From assembly GCF_009914755.1 (NCBI RefSeq), contig NC_060933.1: a stretch of DNA of 64,000 nt; one strand, given 5' to 3'. The notes beneath the pieces were generated by a model that made no database searches, was not told the origin of the DNA, and saw nothing but the letters and a program-made list of their open reading frames with translations. The DNA is from the human T2T-CHM13v2.0 reference genome, Homo sapiens. Made by a program: the position numbers and the translations under genes. Below, piece after piece: positions 13,202 through 25,623 of the stretch. Numbering within the stretch: position 1 is the first letter of the stretch; every line of letters starts with the position of its first letter.

Positions 13202-14475
13202 TGTGTTATATTTTCTATTGCTGCATAACAAATTATGTTAAATTCATAACTTAGTGATTTAACAATAGCAGTTATTATCTCAGCGTTTCCATGGGCCCAG
13301 AATCTAGACATGGCTTAACAGGGTCCTCTGTTCAGGGTCTCAGCAAGGGAGATATTGGCTAAGGCTGAGTCATCTGCAGGGTCAAGGAGGACAGGATCTG
13401 CTTCTAAACTCACTCAATAGTTTTATGCAAGATTCAGTGTCTCAAGGATGTTGGACTGAAGGCCTCAATTCTTCACTGTTACCAAGGCCACTCTCAGTTC
13501 CTTACCACTTGAACCTCTTCGAAAGGCAGCTCACAACATGGCACCTGGCTTATTCAAAACAAGCAAGCAAAGAAAGTGGCAAAAAGATAGAAATCAGTCT
13601 TGTATTGAGGCAGATTAGGTAAGGTTAGGAAGCCATACTGACTTGTCCCCTTGTGTGAAGCCCTGTGGGCTTCTTTTACAGTGGGTTTCTTTTGCTAGCA
13701 CCCTAATGAGTCAGCACCTAACTCTTTTGAAAGGTAAGCACTCCTGCAGGACACCAGCAGACTGCCAGATGGTTACACGTTCCTGATACCTAGTACAGTC
13801 CAGGAAAGAGAAAAAAAATAAGAGCCTCTTATTCCTGACATAACTTCCCCAGTTCCCAACCAATCAGCACTGAAAGCCCAAGAAGCTATTAACTACAAAT
13901 TCCTGTGTTGAGGGAGGGGGCAGGGACTTCACCAGGGTCCTGCATGTGCAGCTAGGCTCAAATTTTATCTTATAGTAACCTTTTCCTCATTTTAATAGTA
14001 AAAAAAAAACCCTACGTGGAGATTTTATATGCTAATGATACATGCAATGCATGTTGGAGCATGTAGATACTGAGCACATGCACCAGCTCGTCTTTTGCAT
14101 ACTTGACCTCACCAGTATTTTACGACTATGTATATACAGCTCCCATAAAAGGAATTCCTCTTAAGGTGCTAGCTGCTGTCTCTCCCTCTTAGAGTCCACT
14201 CTGCCTCTTAGAGTGTACTTTGCTTTGCAATTAACTTCTTTGCCTACCCTTACTTTGGACTCACTCTCAAATTCTTTTGTGCAGTGAAGTCAAGAACTTG
14301 AACCAGCCCACCACCAACAGTATGACCTAAGCTTGGAATTACAAGCCATCACATTTGCCGTATTCATTAGAAACAAGTGACTAGATCCCATTCACATTCA
14401 AGGCCTAAGGACTAGCCAAGGATGTGCATACCAGAAAGTGCGGTTATTGGGAGCCATTTTTGAAAGTTTCCTCAC
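13202..14475 (-). mobile_element. MaLR LTR (MLT1F-like), split by an ERV1 LTR
   Basis: ctattgctgcataacaaatta...gcagctcacaacatggca; resumes after 14323 with ccatcacatttgccgtatt. Confidence 0.78.
13606..14319 (+). mobile_element. ERV1 (MER4-group) solo LTR
   Basis: TG...CA termini with perfect 4-bp TSD GTAT (13602-13605 / 14320-14323); gtggagattttatatgctaatga motif seen in MER50-like LTRs; exact family not determined. Confidence 0.85.
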
Positions 14476-14727
14476 GTGTGTTTAATGCGATATAATTTGT
14501 ATTAAGCAAACAAGACCAAAATCCACCTTTTATTATGCATGATTATACAAGTCTCATACACATCTTATGAACTTGCAGAAAATTACGGAAAGATGTTAAA
14601 CAGGTGAACAGAGGGAATCTGAATAACAACCTGTTAGGAAAAAATAAGAAATTTAAAAAAATAAAGATGTCTCTAAAACAACAACAACAAAAACACATGT
14701 ATAATGATTTATGTATATAAAATCATA

Positions 14728-14733
<6 letters not shown>

Positions 14734-14764
<31 letters not shown>
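14734..14764. repeat. (TG)15 microsatellite
   Basis: Direct inspection. Confidence 0.95.
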
Positions 14765-14766
<2 letters not shown>

Positions 14767-15400
14767 CCACTATATACTATTAGGTATAAATTTTTAAAAC
14801 AGACTATCTTAAAAAAAAGCTGAAGTTATCTTGTCAGCCAACAGAACACTCACCAGTGAATAAAATTTACTGAGTGGTTCACTGAAAATTCAAAACTTTC
14901 TAAGTGTTAGAAATGTATAGTTCAGGGTGGTTATGCCAATCAAGATTGAAAACTAAATTCTGAATAAAATGGAGTGAATCCATAGAATTGTACACAGTTG
15001 ATTAAACAATTCCTATTGTTCCTTATTCAGGGAAGAGTCTTCACTTAGGTCAACCAAGGGTCTAGTGTCCTGGGATCACTCAAAGTTCATGGTTATTTAT
15101 CAACTTCAGCTGGTTACATCCAGTTTTGCAGAAATACAACATTCAGTTTCTCATTTCAAGTGCCCTGTAAAGGGATTTCTTTAATCAAGAAAAAAGAAAA
15201 CAACTTGCAGAAAAATGTGTATAGCAGGATTCTATTTTAGTAAAAACAATAGAAAACACACCCTGTAAATTTGTTGTATGTATGCTTCTATGTGTTGGTA
15301 TAAGCATAAGGCTATAAAATAACAGGAAGGTAGCCAGGTGAGATCACTATTTTTTTTTCATCTTTGCTGTGTCTGCCTGTACGGTGTGTTGTTTCCTGGC

Positions 15401-15490
15401 AAGGTGATAAACCAATCCAGTTTGCCTAGGATTGAGAGCTTTCTTGGGATACAGGATTTTGAATGCAAAAGCCTGGAAAGTCCCAGGAAC
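15401..15490. mobile_element. MER81-like hAT-Blackjack element
   Basis: aaggtga...ccagtttgcctaggattgag...ggaaagtcccagg. Confidence 0.6.
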
Positions 15491-15647
15491 TTAATTGCTT
15501 GTAGTGACAAGCATGTAGGACTTTTGAACTTTGAAAACATCAAATAAAGAAATAAGCTAGCTTTGACTGGACTTAATGATTTTGGAATGCTCTAAGAAAA
15601 GAGTTTTAGTTCCCTTACAAAATTCTAAGTGAGGTGGCCTGTGAAAG

Positions 15648-15832
15648 TTCTTTTCTTTTCTTTTTCTTTCTTTTTTTTTTATCATTATAACAGAGTCTCA
15701 TTCTGTCAACCAGGCTGGAGTGCAGTGGTGCAAACACGGCTCCCTGCCCTTGACCTCCAGGGCTCAAGCCATTCCCCTAACCTTAGCCTCTCCAGTAGCT
15801 GGCACCACAGAAGAATGCCAGCCTGCCTGGTT
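15648..15832 (-). mobile_element. Alu right-arm monomer (FRAM/AluJ fragment)
   Basis: T-rich tail, cagagtctcattctgtcaaccaggctggagtgcagtgg, single arm only. Confidence 0.8.
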
Positions 15833-16382
15833 GAAACTTATTTTCTGACTCAAAAAGAAAACAAGGCCACTGACTAAGTGTGAGAATAGTAAAGCCATGA
15901 AGGTAGTTTGAGAACAGAAAGGAAATGGAATGGTCAATGGAAAAAATGAGTTGAGGAGGGAAGTAGGGTAGGCTTACCAAGCTGCATAAGACCCAATTTT
16001 GTTTTGAAGTAATGAATTTCAAGTGGGACCAGCCTGCACAGGTGTGTGCTTCTTCCAGCTATGTCTGGCTGCACAAAATCCAAGCAGAGTATCTGGGAAA
16101 TCTCAGTAGGGTTTATGTAGGGTTGCAATTTTGCTAGGAGAGTGATGAAGAAAAAGAGGGGCCAGGTGGGTGAGAAGATAAGCAAAAAAAGAAACATGAT
16201 GATAATCCATTGGGCATAAACTTGATACACAAGGAAATGAGAATACAAATGGGGGTGAGAGACAGTGAAAAGGTGGTGGAATAGAAAATTGTGGAGTGGC
16301 AGAATTGGGGAGGTGGGACTTAAATTGGGTGACTAACTGCATAGAAAGATAAGTGGTTGTGATCAGAGAACAGGAGTGAGAG

Positions 16383-16513
16383 TTACAGCATCTTAAAACA
16401 AAACATTCGGTTGGCTTTCTTTTCTGGAGAATCTAATGGCTCTAAGTTATAGCCATTCTGATAATATGTACGAATAATAATAGAACAGCTCCTTTCCCTG
16501 TTCAGAACACAAG
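16383..16513 (+). repeat. Dispersed ~130-bp direct repeat, copy 1
   Basis: Manual alignment to 17778-17910, roughly 79% identity; shared ttcttttctgga and gttatagccattct. Confidence 0.85.
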
Positions 16514-17081
16514 AATTCATTGAGCATGAGATTAATGTAGTGGATGCAGATGGTGATGGCAAAGAACCAAAGCATGTGGAGAAAAGGTGAAGGATAGAGA
16601 GGCCAGTTCCTTATGTCAGTATAAAAATCATGAAGAATTATAACAAGAGTGGAAGGAAACAACAACAAAAACAAAAAAGAATAAACTCTGGCTTCTGACT
16701 GAAGCCATTCAAAATACAAATACGGTAGATATCACAAATAACAGAAGAAGTGAGATAAAGTGACTGAGTGATTTAGTAATGCACAAGGTGCCATTTGAAA
16801 AGGGCAGTTTCAAACCCATGGAAAAGTAGAGCAAAACTCAGAGCTATTAGTGCTTACCAAGGAAAAAGAAGCACTGTACAGGTTATTTGTAACTTTCTTC
16901 TAAATAGCTTTTGAAAAACATATCTGGATCAGATGAGACCAGAAAATATTTTTTTAAAAAAGTGACTGCCTATAGATGACAGTAGACAAAGTTGCAGAAA
17001 AGTGACACGAATATCATTTAGGTAAGCAAGGTCATCAAATGTATCCTTAGATGTGACCTTTTTAATCTACTGCTTACAGAA

Positions 17082-17452
17082 TGATATAATTTGGCTCTGT
17101 GTCCCCACCAAAATCCCATGTTGAATTGTAATCCCCCATGTTGGGGAAGGTGGGAGGTGATTGGATCGTGGGGCGGATTTCCACATGGTTGTGCTCATGA
17201 TAGTGAGTTCTCATGAGATCTGGTTGTTTGTAAGTGTGTAGCACCTTGCCCTTTGCTTTCTCTCTCTCCTGCTGCCATGTGAAGATGTGTTTGTTTTCCC
17301 TTCACCTTCTGCCATGATTGTAAGTTTCCTTAGGACTCCCAGCTATGCTTCCTGTACAGCCTGTGAAATTGTGTGTCAACTAAACCTCTTTTCTTTATAA
17401 ATTACCCAATCTCAGGTAGTTTTTTATAGAAGTGTGAGAATGGACTAATACA
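17082..17452 (+). mobile_element. MSTA-like MaLR solo LTR
   Basis: tgatataatttggctctgtgtccccacc...ggactaataca; TSD cagaa/cagag. Confidence 0.9.
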
Positions 17453-17777
17453 CAGAGTAATGAGTAATATGTAACATCTATAATGAATGTTGGTTGGTGT
17501 GCTGATTTCTCAGTGAAGTATAGTTTTGTAGGGAAAACACACTTGGGTTCTTCTTGCTTGCTGGATGACATATTTCTCTCCACTTATTCATTTCTAGAGG
17601 AAACCTTCTCAGTAATTCTAAAAGAGCAATCTGCCCAACTGAAACTACCTACCCAAAGTGCAGCTTTAAATTAATTATGTCACTTCTAGCTGGCCCATTG
17701 CACATTTTTACCTTTTCTTTGATGCAACAGCACAGAACTATTGAGCATACTAAGTTTCTTGAAAAATTATTTAAAAA

Positions 17778-17910
17778 TTATGGTATCTTGAAACAGAACA
17801 CTTGTTTGGACTTCTTTTCTGGAAAATCCAGCCAGGACTCTAGGTTATAGCCATTCTAATAACATGTACAAATAATAGCAGAGTAGCTCCCTACCCTGTC
17901 AAATCACCAG
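17778..17910 (+). repeat. Dispersed ~130-bp direct repeat, copy 2
   Basis: Aligns to 16383-16513. Confidence 0.85.
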
Positions 17911-18319
17911 TGCTAATATTAGAAACTCAGATTTCCTACAGTGAACATTTAAAGACCCCATAACATTTGGAGGCCTTCTTTAACATCTTATTTTTCTTGA
18001 AAGAAAAGGTACAAAGATGAAAGATACATTAACCAAGAAAAGTAATAATGTGCCTGAAAGAATACAAATTGTTATTTAACCAGGGGGTGAAAATTTCCAA
18101 GAAAGATCCTTAAAGAAAATGTTTACATTCTTTTTTTTATACAAAAGGATTCATCTAACAATGTATTACAAACAAAACTCACAACCCGGTTGCTGATCTC
18201 AGCTGGAGTGAGAGGATAGAATGCAGACCAATTTATTACCAACTGGTTTAAAGAAGTTATAGGCCTAGATCCAGGGGAAAAAAGGAAGAGAAGCTGTTCA
18301 GGGCATAGAAGGTAGGAAA

Positions 18320-18520
18320 CTCACATTTTATGATCATCAAACATGAACAAGCTTTGTGCCTGTCAGTTTACAGAAATTTTCTTATTAATCCAAAAAGTAA
18401 CTTCATGATAAACAAACCTGATGTGCTGTTAAGGAAAGTGAGGCTCAATGAACTTAGCAAATTGTCCAAGGTAAAACAGCCCACAAAAGGTAAACCTAGT
18501 TTATCTGATTTTGAAGCCAG
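18320..18520 (-). mobile_element. MIR fragment
   Basis: aaggaaagtgaggctca...aattgtccaaggtaaaacagc core. Confidence 0.55.
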
Positions 18521-18824
18521 TGAAAGACACATAAAGAATTTCATCTGGTATTTTTAAAACCTTATTTGAAAAACAATAAAATGCAAAAATGGAAATAATT
18601 TTCAGGCTCTGTCCCTTGTCCCTGCATATTTACTTGGACAATAATTCACAAAGTGTAATTATAGCAGCTCTGTGGTGTGACTTAAAGACAATTTAAGATT
18701 GTTAGGCTGTGTGCCTTTTGTAGCTCTTTTGGACCCTGCAACTAAATGGTGGCATGTCTATACCCGAAAAAAGTGACAAGTGCAGGATTAAATGCACCAG
18801 TAGTTGAAATTAAAAGATTAACTT

Positions 18825-19032
18825 CAGCTTTTATAAACAGGTAGCTGGTGGACCAAATACAGCCTGAAATCTGTTTTCTATGATTGGAATTGGGTTTGAA
18901 TTTGACAGGTTATTCAGTCTCTAGTTTGCTACAGGCTTTGCTTCCCTCCTCCCTATGATCTTAAACCCAGCCAGATTCACATATTTATGTTACCTGCCTG
19001 ACCCTTGGAGGCATTTGAGTTTGTAATCCCTG
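18825..19032. mobile_element. MER102-like hAT-Charlie element
   Basis: tatgttacctgcctgacccttggaggcatttgagtttgtaatccctg terminus. Confidence 0.6.
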
Positions 19033-20473
19033 GACACAATGCTGCAGAAAGCTTCTTCCAGCTCTCATACTCTATGATTATTTGATCTAGAATTACTGAA
19101 ATATGTACCCAGAGCCATCAAAACTTTAAAGAAAAAATTTCTAACTCACAATTTGATATGAAGAAAAGGAATTCTTTTTAAAGGCAAAGCCTTTCTGATC
19201 TTCAGAAGACATCAGTATTTATAGGAAAATAAAATGAGAATGTGACATTTCCTTAGCATTTAACTGAAGTACAATCTTTATATTGTAATCACATGTCAAA
19301 AAATCAACAAATGTCTATTAGACATCAACACTGTACATGACCTAAGCTAGACATTTACAATAATGCAAAGAAGCCAAACATATGTCTCTCATAATCCAAA
19401 AGGAAGCTTCTCGTTTAATTTATAAATTAATAATAATTACCCTCTAAATTTTACTGTGTCTGAATTTCTGAAAAAAGGGTGGATAGATTTTAAAATGTTA
19501 AATCAAAAGTATTTTCCCTAGGAAAGAAATAAAATCAAAGAGATATATAGATAAATTTTTGTAGGTAAAAAAAAAAAAATGCCAATCATGGCCCTTTGGG
19601 CCATACTGAACTAAATGAACAGAACAATACTGGCTTATGTGAAAAGGGGATTTTTTTAAGCTCATTCATGAAATTAAGTCATTTGTTATGCCCCAGAAGC
19701 TCAGATAAGTTGAGATATAATCTTTCATCTTGTCTTCTTCATTACGGGAATCCTTGCCCAGAGAGTCAGATAGCCTATAAGTTCCAAACATAGTACTCTT
19801 TTAATTTGGGTAATTTCAGGCAAAATGTGTTTATCCTGTCACAAAGGTGAAGCCTGTGGTCAACACCTCAAATTTTTTGTTCATATGCCTGATAACTGCT
19901 GTTTAATGAATAGATGTCAGCTTCTAGAACAATGACCAGCACATAGTAAGTACCCAATAAATATCAGATCTTTATAATTTTTATTGTCATCATTGTCATT
20001 ATTTTGGCTCTAATTGTAAGAGCCAACTTCTTGATCAGGAAGCTCCCAGTGTTTTTAACTGATATTTTCTAATATACTTTCATTTTACAGTTAAAATAAA
20101 TACTTGGGAAATCAAATTCATAGGAAAAAACTCAGAATATTGAGCACTAGACATATGACAAAAGAAATGGATACTCCCCAAGAGGATGGTTTGCATTACT
20201 TGTTTAGAAGCACTCTACCCACTGCACTTGTCTCTGGACTCCTAAACTACGCAGGTGACATACAGCCTTACATGATATAGTGATCAGCTTAAACTCTATC
20301 ATCGTAACCTTAGCAAATATATTTCCCAAAAACATTAGAAGGTCTTCTTCATTCCCATAAGGGGAATATGTACATCTTAAACAAATTGGAAACCAGGTGC
20401 GAAAGATAGAAAGTGATAGCTACAAACGTGAAGTGGGATAGAAGAAAGAGTTTAGAAAAGGAACTTTCATTGA

Positions 20474-20697
20474 ATGCACATGGACACAAAGATGGGATCA
20501 ATAGACACTGGAATTACTAGAGTTTGGAGGGTGAGGGTGAGGGGCATGGGTTGAAAAACTACCTATTGGACACTATGCTCGCTACTTAGGTGACAGGATC
20601 ATTTGTACACCTAACCTCAGCGACAAGCTATTTACCCATGTAACAAACCTGCACATGTACCCTGAAACCTAAAATAAAAGTTTAGAGGAAAAAAAAA
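20474..20697 (+). mobile_element. L1PA15/16-like 3' end (5'-truncated)
   Basis: cacatggacacaaagatggg...gttgaaaaactacctattgg...aacaaacctgcacatgtaccc...aataaa plus A-tail. Confidence 0.88.
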
Positions 20698-21239
20698 GAA
20701 ATGGAGGTTCCCCATGAACTACAGTTGACAGTTGCTCATTGTGTATTTACCCACATGCTCTCATGGCCCCATGTGCTTACGTATGCTGTTACCACCATTG
20801 TTTTTTAAGTATCTTATATGCTTTTCCCACTGTACAATGAGTAACGTTACTGTGATTTTACTCACTATTTGGCCCCTAGGCCTAGCAGAAATCCTGAACA
20901 TAATGGGCTTTTGGTTCTTCATTGTTGAGAAAATAAATGTATGAAATTGCAAGTGAGGTACTCACTATTTAACTGTGAAACTGACCGTGTGAAAATTCAT
21001 CAAGACCAAAATTAAGTTTCGTGATCTGAAGTTCATGGTCTAACAAGAAAATCCTTGTTATTTTTGAGATGTCTCCTTTTCTTCAAATCATCATTTATGT
21101 ATCCTGACTCTGAAATTTTATCTACATGAATTTTTTGGAAGACATTTGCTTCAAGAATTTCAGCTAAATATGTCAACATGGATTCTAATAGGCAATAAAA
21201 CCTATTGTAGATTCAGAGTCAGAAAGGAGTGTCTGACAC

Positions 21240-21450
21240 ATGCAAGACCCTGAGCCAGCTGCTTCATATGTTACTTTTCTTCATTCTCACTGCAGCCCCT
21301 TGAGAAAAGCAATGTGATCACCATGCTGCATATGAGTAAACTGAGGCTCAGAGTGATAAAGTTAGCCAGACATTAAAGAGCTAGTATGTGGAAGGGCTGG
21401 ACTTCAAACTAAACCATTCTGGATTCCAAAGTCTATTCATTTTTCATAAC
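21240..21450 (-). mobile_element. MIR
   Basis: atgagtaaactgaggctcagag...gagctagta...ttcaaact...attccaaagtc. Confidence 0.7.
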
Positions 21451-24400
21451 TTGGTAAATAAGTAAATAAAATTTAAGTGGAAATGTATTAATGCAGGTTT
21501 GTAAGTTTTTAAAAAATTAAAATTCTAACAAATGTGTATTCCAGTGATTTAAACTTAAGGCCCAGAATTAAAGTACAAAATCCTTTGTATTTGGTTCAAA
21601 TTATTACTGCTAAATAACCACATTGCAGATATGAAAATATTTGACCACTGTCTAAAAAGTCCAATTCTGTAATAGACATCAGTATGATGCATTGGCTTTT
21701 TGCTATAAGAACCTGAAAATTATTTTCCCCACATTTGTATTTTGAAAATAATCTCTTTATGAGGGTAGAAAAGTATATGACCTTGCAATATATTTGCAGG
21801 TATAACAAATCAAAGAGCATAATTTTGACCACCAATATTTTCTTCAAAATATGAGAAAAAAGATACTTCCTAGGACATGCTTCCCCGAGAACTGTTTCCC
21901 CTTCCGAATTGGGAAGTAATAGGAGTTTTTAAAAGGATGGGAGGAAGGGCTTGACGAATTACTAGGCATTTAGTGTCAACCATATGCTAGTGCTTGATTG
22001 GATAAAGATGTAGAAAGATGAAAGTTGCAACTACAATAATTACTGGGAAATGTCTATCATCTTTCTATATCCCAGAATTCTCAGTTGAAATCTTGTTCAG
22101 AGAATTGTCTGTGTTCAACTCCCCCACCCCCGGGAATTCCTCCAGCTATATCTCTACGGAAGGCAATATTCTGCTTAGCCACAGAGAGGAGGAAGTTAAT
22201 CTGCTGAGCTGTTGTCCTGTTCTTTAGAAATACCAAATCACTGACAGTATTGATTTTTGGCTGTTTATACAACTTTAACTCTTCGGAATTTAATATGAAG
22301 AAAATAATGTTCTTTTTTTTAAGACCTTTTTTGTGGGGGCAAGCTCAGTGCTTTGAGGGTAAACAAGTGTTTTGTAAATTGGTCCAGTGAATGACAAGGC
22401 AACAGATTTGAAGCCAGCTGTCACCTTTTATTAGTCACACCCATAAGTCCAGCCTGGTACTGGGATTATTCCCAGTGTCAAGCATCATGGACCAGGTACT
22501 GAGGGAGGGTGTTATTTCTCCCTCTAGAGCACTTTATTTGGAAGTGTGAGGGATGGGCTGTGTTCTGTGGATTAATTTCCTTGCAAATTTTCATAAGGAG
22601 AAAATTGAGGACCTATGTTATTTTTCTTTCTCTCTCTCAAATTGTCCACCCTTCAGTCATACATTTGGACACGAGTCCTGACTAACAATTTAAATCTAAA
22701 ATCGATCACTCTCCATCAGTGCAATATTCCTGTTTTGTCTCTCCTCTCTAAAAACAAGTGATTCTACCTTTTTGTTACTAGACCTCACAGGCTTGCAGCA
22801 TTACTAAATAAAGTATAATAACGGTAGCTGAGCCTTTGTTTTACCATCAATATGAATTTTAAAAGAGTGTCATCAAGAAAATCATCTTCAAAGATTATTT
22901 TTTTTTGCATGCTTAAGTCCTGCTGCTGAGATGAAACCAGAGTGACTGCAGCAGTTCTGATACCCTGGGCTTTTTGGTGTTCTGATTCTTTCCTCACTAG
23001 CAGAGGCAGTGAATTTAACACTCAGATTTGCTCTGACAGGCTGACAACTGATATCACAAGACCACAGCTAAGAGTGGTTTATTACTTTTAGTGGGATTTA
23101 TTTAATTCAGTCTCACAGCCTGAGGGTGGGGTAAAGATTTAACTTGAAATTAAATTCCAGCAGGAGACCTTTTAATATAAGAAAAATGGGCAGAGGGATA
23201 AATGACATGCTCAATTGCAATGAATTTTTTTTAAAAAAGCTTATATTTAACATGGAAAAAAATCTCACAAAATCATTTCAGTTATTTGACAGATATAGAG
23301 AGAAAAAGTGCAGAGGAACAAGTAAGAATGACAGAACTTAAAAGAGAATGATCTAAAAGAAAGTTTTTGACAAACTAGAATTTCTTCAATCCGTCGTCCA
23401 AAAAAAAAAAATCTCAGTTTATGAATGCTTTCCATCAATGTCTGGATAAGTTGATAAGAAATCCCAAATGTTCATCTGTTGTTTAACTTCAAACTATACA
23501 ATAATTCTGGATGAAATAGTAGAGTTTAAGCAAAGCCATTGGTAGAAATTACTCGGTTTTTTTAACCTGAACACAGTGAATGCTTATACCCAAAAATTCA
23601 GAACGTGAAAGTGGTTTTCATTTATATTATACAACAAAGAAAAAACGGAGTTTTATCATAACAGGTAGCCCAAATAGAGTCTTGTCAGTTAGGATACTTA
23701 AGGGGTATTGGATGATTATAATCATGGTCTTCTAGTGTTTGCTTATGAGAAATAAATATCACTTACAGAGAGAAAATGAGATAACTCATGGTTGATAGAT
23801 ATTGTAGTATCAGTGATATATTTTGCTTTCTATGGTAATATTTTGGTGGTTTGGACTTTGTTTCAAAGAAAAAAGATTATTTCATAAAAGCCTATCAAGT
23901 TGGAATGCTTTCTAATAAAGGCATATTTAATTTTGAGGCTTCTGGAAACTCAATGCCAAAGAAAGAGTAGAATAGAGTAAGCAGAATGGCTATTTGCCTT
24001 ACTCTGTATTTAAAGACATTTCAGTTCAGTCCAAGCTTCAGAAATGTGAGACCAGATCATCTGAGACCTGGGGTCCATCGACTTAATAGCAAGCTTGGCC
24101 CTGGACTCAATCATAAAGGTCATGACCGTTTTGTTCTCTAACTATATGCCACATCTTTACTGCATCTCTCCTTCTTCAGGAACCCAAAGTTCTAATGACT
24201 CTTCAAGAAACCCTTCTTTGAAACTCCACACCCACTTGCTAAGGAGCTTTCTGATTCCCTCTTCCCCACAGAAACATGTGCTGTGTTCACTGAATCTAAG
24301 TGATTAAAATATTGCCATGATTAGTAAGTGGTAATAACTGAATGCAGGGCTTTCCATGTCATCTTGATTCATGACATCCTTAATTGTCTCAACAATTGTT

Positions 24401-25623
24401 TCACGTGATCCCTAGGTGAAAAGAAATACCTAAGAGTCCCATTTATTAAATTCTTATGTCCAAGCACCTTAGCAAGCATTTAAGTCTTAAACACTTGGTG
24501 CCTACTGGACACTACACAAATTTCTCAAACTGTGGAATCAGATTGGACTTCACCACCTTCATTGAAAGAAATGTAGTGATCAACCTTAAAAATGTTAACT
24601 ATCTTAAGCTAGTAGCCTACAAAATATCCAAGATACTTTACTATGTTTTTCTTAAGATTTTTAGATATATTGCACTGTCTTTTTGAGTTTGTATTGGAGC
24701 CCTAGGTGACCTCAGTACTCAGTCTGAGAATCATGAGTTTAATATATTGTCTCTATTAACAACTCTGCATTTTAACAGAGATGCTCATTGTTTATTCCAA
24801 TGAACTATTGGTGCCAATTTCTCACAATTGGTAGACTCAACTAGGAGAGATATTTCGAGACAATGATTCTTTTAGTGCCTCTGTTCTCATACCACTCACA
24901 AGCTGCCTGATCCATGGAGTGATAAAGCCCTAGTTAGAATCTAGCACATTCTTATGGGTTTATTCAAAGTCCTAAGACTCCAGGGGCAAGTCTACTCATC
25001 CCAACTGACTTTTTTATATTATTATTGACATTTTTCATACCATACCATCTCACTGTAATTTATCAATGAATCATTTTCTCTAGAAAGAGTCTGATCGGGG
25101 ACATGTCAAATCTCTGGCCCAGTGTAGGAAAGCCCTCCTAAGTAGGTAAACCACAAACTATGACCATGGCCACTTGAAAGACAAATATTTACCTTTCTCT
25201 GGTTCCCAGCATCCCTCTTCCTCCTTTTGCCTACCCGCCTACCTGGACATACAGCATATAATGCAGCCAGCATCTTCCTTTGCTTGCATCTGTGTTTCTG
25301 TGGGACTGTTTGTCTCTTAAACTTGCCCCAATATGTTTCCTCTACCAGCGTCCTTGTCTAGGATCTTGCTTGTACAAGTTTGAATGTGTTCAGCTTGACA
25401 TAACTTGATATGCTATTGCCTTAATCCAGTGGCTCCTCATCCTTGCATGGACTTTCGTCTTTTCTTCCTGGGTGAGCTTCTTCCTCAAACTGGGATCTGA
25501 AATGACTATTGTGCCTTAGGGCTCATGGCCACAATCAATAATTTCCACAAGAAGAGAGAGAGAATCACTTCCAAAAGCACTCTTAGAAGAATGAAAAAGA
25601 ACTTCCTCAAAAACCCCTAACAA

